A stretch of DNA of 64,000 nucleotides from an uncultured delta proteobacterium (GTDB taxonomy: Bacteria > Desulfobacterota > Desulfobacteria > Desulfobacterales > Desulfosalsimonadaceae), in NCBI GenBank assembly GCA_963826785.1, contig CAWGYD010000008.1, forward strand, positions 128,001 through 192,000. The letters run 5' to 3'. Each line of letters starts with the position of its first letter. Positions within the stretch are counted from its first letter, which is position 1. This document shows, one piece after another, positions 10,683 to 17,584 of this stretch. Made by a program: the position numbers and the translations under genes. The notes beneath the pieces are model-generated. The model made no database searches. It saw only the letters and a list, made by a program, of their open reading frames with translations, and was not told the origin of the DNA.

Positions 10683-11597
10683 TCAAAAATTGCTGAAAGA
10701 GGATTTATTCACGATTTCCCAAGCCGGCTGTTCAATTCTAACGCTAATTTTTTTTAAATCAAAAACAGGGACGGCAAAAATCTTTGCAAATTTTGGATGA
10801 TAATAAACATAGGATGCAAGATAGCTATGCATTCGTGAATCCAAATCATCCTTCATGTTATGGTTGCTTAACATTAATTTGAATGCTCCTTTGTGCTTAT
10901 CTGGAATATTCACATCTACAAACCAATAGTATAACTCACGATCCAACAATTCTCGTTGCCCCATTGCTATTACTATATATTTCTTACCCTTTTTCACTAT
11001 AAAAGAGAAATTACCATCAGCATCAGACTTGGCGGTTTGTTCTGATAGGGAAAGGATGCCCGAAATAATGGAGGACATTATTGAATCATGGTACTTTTCA
11101 AGTGAATCGATTTTAGCCAAGCAAGCCTCATATCTTGGTTTCAGCTCAATTCCTTTTTCGACAAGTATAGATTCAACAATTTGAAAATCTTCAAGTGCAC
11201 ATTTAAACTCTGCATCACCATGCGATGTTTTATAAATTTTCTTTAAGTTTTCATCAATAGTGGCATACTTTTCTAAAACTTGTTTCTTGTCTTTTAAAAC
11301 ATGTTCTGCAGCCAAGTAATCCGGCCAAAACTCATAATACGATTTATTCAGGTCATCAAATTCCTTTAATGTTTTTTCGCATTCCTTTTGATAAGTAATC
11401 GAATCTTTACATAGCTTCGTATCAAAATATGAATTTAATTTTTCTACCGATATAAGATGAACAGGTACAAGACCGAGTTTTATGTTTTGCCCCCCACCGG
11501 TCACGATAAACACGTTGCCTTTCAAAGTAATTTCATTATTACCGCATCCAATTAGAAAGACAACCACTGCCCAAATAGTTATAAAACGAAAAAACAT
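10683..11597 (-). CDS. Hypothetical lipoprotein (beta-sandwich interrupted by a coiled coil)
   Basis: Signal peptide with lipobox LIG-C; GNVFIVTGGGQNIKLG, then a long helical stretch, then AKSDADGNFSF...YIVIA (carboxypeptidase-regulatory-like strands). Confidence 0.75.
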   Translation of the reverse strand: MFFRFITIWAVVVFLIGCGNNEITLKGNVFIVTGGGQNIKLGLVPVHLISVEKLNSYFDTKLCKDSITYQKECEKTLKEFDDLNKSYYEFWPDYLAAEHVLKDKKQVLEKYATIDENLKKIYKTSHGDAEFKCALEDFQIVESILVEKGIELKPRYEACLAKIDSLEKYHDSIMSSIISGILSLSEQTAKSDADGNFSFIVKKGKKYIVIAMGQRELLDRELYYWFVDVNIPDKHKGAFKLMLSNHNMKDDLDSRMHSYLASYVYYHPKFAKIFAVPVFDLKKISVRIEQPAWEIVNKSSFSNF

Positions 11598-11699
11598 ATT
11601 GCATTCCTCACAATCCGGTTGTTATTTTCGATTCATAATAAAAAATCTAATGATTATTCGCAATAGGATATTATTTATAACAATGCCCGGCGATATCAA

Positions 11700-12746
11700 A
11701 TGAATAAAATTATTAAATTAACGGCCATCATATTAATGGTTCTTGCAAGTAGCTCTTATGCTTTTCAAATAGAAACACGAGAACAAATCGTGGAAGATGC
11801 TGTTAAATTTTGTCCTCCGGACTTAAGAACTTTCTTAATGCCGAATATTTCAATTTTGAAAGGCAAAATGTCTTTTGCATCGCATATGCAGCGGCCTATT
11901 GATTCACTTTTACTAAAAGAAATATCGACATCATTAATAGAGGAAATAAAAAGCGGGACTGATTATAACTATAATACGATAAGCAAATTTGGATTGGTTG
12001 CCTTGTTCATTACCGAAGCCATAAATCCATATTTTTCGGCAAATAGCATATCTCTTTCAAATAATAGAGCCAGACAGGTTTCGTATAAGGGTATCATCGT
12101 TATCTATGACGGTTACCAACCTGTCCCAGACCCTGAATTTAAATTCAAATCCCTTACAGATAAATACCAGGACAGTTTGGGTTATATAAAACCTTCTTTA
12201 TTAGATTCAGCTTACAATGATGCAGTTAATGAAGTTTCAGATTTCTTCATTTCTATATGGCAAATGGCCGGGAAGCCTGTAAATGATTTAGTCTCAACCG
12301 GCTTCACGATTGATCACCGCTCGGGACGATTATTACAGGCCAATATTTCAAATCAAAAGAGAACTGAACCTACAGACGTTCAAGTCGATAAGGACGTATC
12401 TAATCCCAAGGGTACTTACTGGCAAGTATACCAAAATGCAGTTGATGCTTCAAGTAACCATGATTGGAATGGATGGGAAGCTCAAATGAGAATGATTAAT
12501 AGAGAAACTGATTTCGCGTTGCCAGAGGATTTCTGGCAAAATTATCATAGAGCAATAAAATCAATAAATAAAGGAGATTGGCTTTCTTTCAAAGAATACA
12601 TGGAAAAGATGGATCAGGAAATCGGACTGGATTCATCCAGTGCATTTTACAACGCATACGATAAAAGTCTCAAAGCTTTATCAAATCGGGATTGGCGGGA
12701 GTACGAATCACAATTCAGCCAAATGGAAGGGCTATTGGGGAATTAA
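11700..12746 (+). CDS. Secreted protein: degenerate S1/P1 nuclease / Zn-phospholipase C-like domain plus three 38-aa repeats
   Basis: Signal peptide ending SYA-F; FQIETREQIVEDAVKFCPPDLRTFL, FGLVALFITEAINPY and AVNEVSDFFISIWQMAGKP match the S1/P1-PLC pattern without its His ligands. Confidence 0.6.
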   Translation: MNKIIKLTAIILMVLASSSYAFQIETREQIVEDAVKFCPPDLRTFLMPNISILKGKMSFASHMQRPIDSLLLKEISTSLIEEIKSGTDYNYNTISKFGLVALFITEAINPYFSANSISLSNNRARQVSYKGIIVIYDGYQPVPDPEFKFKSLTDKYQDSLGYIKPSLLDSAYNDAVNEVSDFFISIWQMAGKPVNDLVSTGFTIDHRSGRLLQANISNQKRTEPTDVQVDKDVSNPKGTYWQVYQNAVDASSNHDWNGWEAQMRMINRETDFALPEDFWQNYHRAIKSINKGDWLSFKEYMEKMDQEIGLDSSSAFYNAYDKSLKALSNRDWREYESQFSQMEGLLGN

Positions 12747-12751
12747 TTTAG

Positions 12752-13411
12752 ATGATGTATCACTTTAAACCACCAATTACTTGGAATCCCGTTAGAATTG
12801 CCTTTTTATTTGGTTTATTTTTTATATTTACAGAATCCATCGTATCGGCGATTAATAGTGATGAGATTTTGATTAAAGGATTTATAAATAGATATGGGAA
12901 ATACCCTATTATACAAGTTATTTTAGCATATAATGATAATGATATCACCCTCGATGTCAGGGGTAAACGGATAATTTACAGTGGGAATCCTGATGAAAGT
13001 TATGTCAATGTCCATACGATACTTTGTGATTTGAAAACGATTCATCTTACACCTAAGAAGCTAGAAAAATTAATTAATGACCGAATTAAACCCAATACTT
13101 TGGTTTTATTTAAACAGATGTCTCGTAATCTAAAAAGTGAAGCATTAGAGAGCCGAAAAGATAGAGAAAAAGGGCTTATCGATTCCTTTAAAAGAGAAGA
13201 CAATATAAGTATGATGATAGAAGAGGAGAAGAAACGACTGCTAAATAAAAAAGAGAAGCTGGAAGAAGAAATTAAAAAGGAGGCATTACTCATTAAACAG
13301 GAAGATCAACTCCGAAAAGAAAAAATCAGGCTCATAGAAAGGAAGCAGGTCATCGAAGAAGAAATCAAAACTGAAGCAGCAAGAATAAGAAGAGAAAATT
13401 CATTTAATTGA
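12752..13411 (+). CDS. Hypothetical membrane-anchored or exported coiled-coil protein
   Basis: Hydrophobic N-terminus (IAFLFGLFFIFT); charged C-terminal coiled coil; starts 5 nt after the upstream stop. Confidence 0.7.
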   Translation: MMYHFKPPITWNPVRIAFLFGLFFIFTESIVSAINSDEILIKGFINRYGKYPIIQVILAYNDNDITLDVRGKRIIYSGNPDESYVNVHTILCDLKTIHLTPKKLEKLINDRIKPNTLVLFKQMSRNLKSEALESRKDREKGLIDSFKREDNISMMIEEEKKRLLNKKEKLEEEIKKEALLIKQEDQLRKEKIRLIERKQVIEEEIKTEAARIRRENSFN

Positions 13412-13603
13412 TGTGATGCCCTTCGCAGGGCCGTATTGCGCTGATAAAATTCCGTCCTAATCTTCCTGAATATTTCTATCTTCTCAGAAAAGCCGAAATT
13501 CCCCTCATTAAATTTTCTTGATGAACTTTTTTTATTACCATATGTTAATGCATTATCATTATTTGATTTTTGAAATTTTTTCACGCGAACAGGGGTCAAA
13601 GAT

Positions 13604-15502
13604 ATGGCTGAAAAATTCTGGCAATTAATTCCTGTGAATAGTGAACTTCAACCATTCATAATTAATTCATCTCCCGCTATATTAGGAAGATCTGCTTCCA
13701 AATGTGATATTTTAATCGATGATGCGTCAATCGCAGATTCACACATTCAATTTGTTCTGAATAAAACTGGTTTACAAATATATGATTTAAATAGCGAAAA
13801 CGGAATAGCCATTCAAGGGGAAAAGGTAAAAAATAGAATCGAAATCAAAGCCAGAAGTGCAAAGCAAGGATTATCGCTTGTCGCCGGAAAAATAGAATTT
13901 ATTTTAAAATATGGTGAAATATCCACTGATACTTACACTTCTCCCCTGAAAAGGGAAGATGAATGGTTTTATAATCATAAAGGGAAAAAGTACGGACCAT
14001 TGAAAAAGGAGGAATTGTTCAAAGCCGCTCAAAATCATCTGTTATTTCCGACTGATGATGTATGGAATTCGAGCTTTGATTATCAATTAAAAGCTTTCGA
14101 AATTAAAGGGCTATTAGAAAAGGGTTATTCTCCAATTATAGATGATGACAAGGAAATTATATGTCCATATTGCTGGAATTCATTTAACCTTGAAGATATT
14201 CGTTTTGTATCTTGCCATCCAGAGTTGTCTGGAGATTCTGTCTTAGGTGAAAGTGAATTCCAAAGATTTATCCCTTTTCATTTCAGACCGAAAGGAAAGG
14301 CATTAGATTCTAAGGGAATGCTTTGCCATGAAAAAGCATGCCCGATTTGCCACATTGCCATCCCGTCTGATCTGCTTATTAAAACCCCTCCCATTTTTAT
14401 TTCATTGGTTGGAGTCCCGGCAAGCGGAAAATCATATTGTTTGGCCGCTACCACATGGAATCTGAGAACCATCTTTAACCAGCATTTCAATATGGATTTC
14501 GTTGATGTCGATCCCCTAATAAATCATTGGATTACTGAATATGAATCATTGCTTTTCAAAAATGAAAAAATTTTGAAAACACCATTGGAGGCATCTCATG
14601 TCTATCGGCAGGCAAAAATAAATGGCGTAACGGCGATCCTTCCGCAACCATGCATGTTCTTTCTTAAATCTTATGAAGATATCCAGGCCGCCAATAATGT
14701 TAACCGGGTGCTTGTATTGTACGATAATGCAGGTGAGCATTTTCAGCCGGGATACGATTCTGCAATTACTCCCGTCACCAGGCATTTAAGCCGTGCCGGC
14801 GGGATCATTTTTCTTTTCGATCCATCAGCCGATCCGCGAATCGCAAAGTTTATACCGGAAAACGCAGATATCCCAAAAGGAACTGACATTCAAAAACAAA
14901 CAGTGCTGTTAAATGAGATGATCGTTCGGCTTAAAAATCATTTGGGCCTTACTGCAGAGGAACGCTACCAAAAACCGATTGTTTTCGCGATTTCAAAATC
15001 GGATTTACTTCATCAATTCAGCGAACTCCATGATAATGATGAGCCATTAACCATTAAATCCAATACGAATATCAATGCCCTGAATCTATCTAAGATTGCG
15101 AGGATTTCATACTGTACAAGAGACTTTTTGAAAAAATATGTCCCTGAAATCGTCAACCTGATTGAATCGTTTGCCGAAATGATAATTTATCTACCCATAA
15201 GTGCTCTTGGTCATGAGCCAAAAGATTTGGGACATGAGAATAAAAATATAAAGCCCTCTTTCATTGAAATCCCCATTTTATATATTTTATCCAAGCTCGG
15301 ATTCATTCCTTCTGCAAAAACATTAGATGAAATCCTTCCAGTTAATCAATTTGAGGTCAACAACCGGTATTTTGAATTGAAAGACCCGGTTTCAGGTAAA
15401 ATTCTGCAAGTACCGCTTATATATGCCGGACATACCCTCTATTATCCTGGAACCAGAACCAAAATTCGGATACCCGAACTTCCGCATGTCAAATGTTTAT
15501 AG
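13604..15502 (+). CDS. FHA-GYF-Zn ribbon-TRAFAC GTPase (double-GTPase-2-like)
   Basis: FHA (LGRS..CDILIDD.SIADSH...DLNSENG); GYF_2 (WFYNHKGKKYGPL...DDVW); CPYC...CPIC; G1 GVPASGKS, G3 YDNAGEHF, G4 SKSD, G5 ISALG. Confidence 0.8.
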   Translation: MAEKFWQLIPVNSELQPFIINSSPAILGRSASKCDILIDDASIADSHIQFVLNKTGLQIYDLNSENGIAIQGEKVKNRIEIKARSAKQGLSLVAGKIEFILKYGEISTDTYTSPLKREDEWFYNHKGKKYGPLKKEELFKAAQNHLLFPTDDVWNSSFDYQLKAFEIKGLLEKGYSPIIDDDKEIICPYCWNSFNLEDIRFVSCHPELSGDSVLGESEFQRFIPFHFRPKGKALDSKGMLCHEKACPICHIAIPSDLLIKTPPIFISLVGVPASGKSYCLAATTWNLRTIFNQHFNMDFVDVDPLINHWITEYESLLFKNEKILKTPLEASHVYRQAKINGVTAILPQPCMFFLKSYEDIQAANNVNRVLVLYDNAGEHFQPGYDSAITPVTRHLSRAGGIIFLFDPSADPRIAKFIPENADIPKGTDIQKQTVLLNEMIVRLKNHLGLTAEERYQKPIVFAISKSDLLHQFSELHDNDEPLTIKSNTNINALNLSKIARISYCTRDFLKKYVPEIVNLIESFAEMIIYLPISALGHEPKDLGHENKNIKPSFIEIPILYILSKLGFIPSAKTLDEILPVNQFEVNNRYFELKDPVSGKILQVPLIYAGHTLYYPGTRTKIRIPELPHVKCL

Positions 15503-15554
15503 ATAATATTTTAACTTTAGAAATTGCGCTGCTCTAAAATGGCAAGGGGAAGAA

Positions 15555-17573
15555 ATGATTTTTGAGTTAATTTATACTTCCGTCCCGAAAGGCTTAAAAC
15601 CTGGTTCAAGCGGATACACGACAGTCGCCTGTACCGAGGGAATGCCGGCAAAGTATGTCAGCCTTTGTGAATCCCTTAGCGGGTATATTCATTTATATGC
15701 AGACCTGAACGATCCGAATTACCGATTAAATCCTGTCGCATACAGCCATTATAAATTTTCGGTAAACAATGAAAAAATATCCGTCCTCTCCCGGGTTTCT
15801 TCTTCAGGGGCTGATTATAGCGGCAGGGCCAATAAAATTGCCCATCATATTGTTGTCCTTCAGGACGAACAACATTTGATTGGACCCGCCGCACTCATGA
15901 ATCAGCCCGGATTATTTGTAGATGAATGGAATCGAGAACCTCAGATATTGCCCAAAGGCCGCATTGCTTTTCCAGAAAACGAAATAAAATCCTATTTTGC
16001 AGAGGAATGGGAAAATGTTTTGGGGGATGCGGGTGCTGCCGGAGTGCTTGCACAGAAAATCTTAGATAATGATAAAACCCCGGCATTCATTCTGTTCGAA
16101 CCTGGAACGAACCTGCTGCAACTGATCATCGAAGCAATGGATCTTCTTCCTCTGGAGCAACAATGGGCGACGACCTTCAACACGTATTTTGATCCCACCA
16201 TAAAACCTATTGATTCTGAATGTATCGTGCGATGCTGTGTCCGGAATTCAAAGCACTTGAATTCATTTCCAGATGCATTGGTAATGGATTTACCGCAAAA
16301 AAAGATGATAGGGAAAATACCGAAAGATGCAGAAATTTACGAGTGTGCGCGAACTGGAAATCCGCCCTCCTGGCTGCGGCCCAAGAAAGACACCGATACA
16401 GAGACGTTTATCGAAGGACTGTGGGAGTCTGATCAAAGGTCACCATCTCCTCGCAGGGCTTCGCCAATAAGTCAGAAACATCCAACTTCAATTATAGAAC
16501 CCCCCACAAAGAAGAAATCTGACTTTGAATTTTATTTGTGGTCAGCTGTAATCATTCTTTTATTTTTGATTTTTATCTACTTTCCAATCAAAAATTGGTT
16601 AGCTCCGGAATCGAACAAGAATCAACCTAACGAAAACGGGCAAATTGATTCTACGCAAAATGAAGAGAAACCAGTTAATAGTGGTGAAAATGAGACATTA
16701 ATGCAGTATGCTCCTCCCCCAATGAACACCGGACAAGTAAATACGGCTCCTCAAAGGAATGAAATGAAAGTTACCATTCTTTACGCAGAAAAAAAAAATG
16801 ATAATGACGAAAATATAAAGAGTAATGAAGTCATAATTGATAGACGAATTGAATTCACACAGGTAAAACAAGTTTTTCTTTATGATAATGAAAGGATTAT
16901 TGCAGCGAATATAGAGGAAAGGCCATCCGGCGGAGGAAACCAACACCTCATATCTACAGGGGAGTCTAAAAGCAGTAAGAGCAGAATTTGGGTAATAAAT
17001 GGGAAAACACATATCTCATTAATGGACCCCTTTTTCGCAATTTTTATCAAAATATCAGATGATGGTCCTTTTCTAATATGGATTAAGCCTATTAAAATTA
17101 AGTTTGAAAATTCAACTATCGAAGAAATTACGACTGTGAAAAAATTTATCAAAGTTTTGCATGATCATAAGATTCTTAAAGCTGAAGCTTATAACGAAAA
17201 TTCAGAATTGGAAAAGCAAGATTTAGGCAATCAAACATGGGATCAATTATATGAAAACTTGAAAAAAATATATGATTCGGTAACCTGTGAAATAATACAA
17301 GAGTTAAATCAAGAGATAAATGGTTATTGTAGGAATCGGGAACCTGAGAATAAGGAATTATGCCAATACGTAAACGGTATAGAGGAAATTAAATCTGAAG
17401 ATAAGAATAAAGATTTATCCAAGACTATTCAAAAGATAAAGTACTTAAAGATTGATAATGATGATATCAAAAGTTTGATAAATAAATTTGAAAATAGGAG
17501 AATTTATTGCGAACTATTTCCAAGACATGAACAAAGAGAGATATCTATGCAATTAACTGAGATTATAAAATGA
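15555..17573 (+). CDS. GTPase-associated protein 1-like (GAP1-N2/GAP1-M) single-pass membrane protein
   Basis: ELIYTSVPKGLKPGSSGYTTVA, DYSGRANKIAHH, GDAGAAGVLA, LIIEAMDLLPLEQQWATTFNTY; TM FYLWSAVIILLFLIFIYFPI (~16530-16589); divergent C-terminus. Confidence 0.7.
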   Translation: MIFELIYTSVPKGLKPGSSGYTTVACTEGMPAKYVSLCESLSGYIHLYADLNDPNYRLNPVAYSHYKFSVNNEKISVLSRVSSSGADYSGRANKIAHHIVVLQDEQHLIGPAALMNQPGLFVDEWNREPQILPKGRIAFPENEIKSYFAEEWENVLGDAGAAGVLAQKILDNDKTPAFILFEPGTNLLQLIIEAMDLLPLEQQWATTFNTYFDPTIKPIDSECIVRCCVRNSKHLNSFPDALVMDLPQKKMIGKIPKDAEIYECARTGNPPSWLRPKKDTDTETFIEGLWESDQRSPSPRRASPISQKHPTSIIEPPTKKKSDFEFYLWSAVIILLFLIFIYFPIKNWLAPESNKNQPNENGQIDSTQNEEKPVNSGENETLMQYAPPPMNTGQVNTAPQRNEMKVTILYAEKKNDNDENIKSNEVIIDRRIEFTQVKQVFLYDNERIIAANIEERPSGGGNQHLISTGESKSSKSRIWVINGKTHISLMDPFFAIFIKISDDGPFLIWIKPIKIKFENSTIEEITTVKKFIKVLHDHKILKAEAYNENSELEKQDLGNQTWDQLYENLKKIYDSVTCEIIQELNQEINGYCRNREPENKELCQYVNGIEEIKSEDKNKDLSKTIQKIKYLKIDNDDIKSLINKFENRRIYCELFPRHEQREISMQLTEIIK

Positions 17574-17584
17574 ACAGGTGAAAA

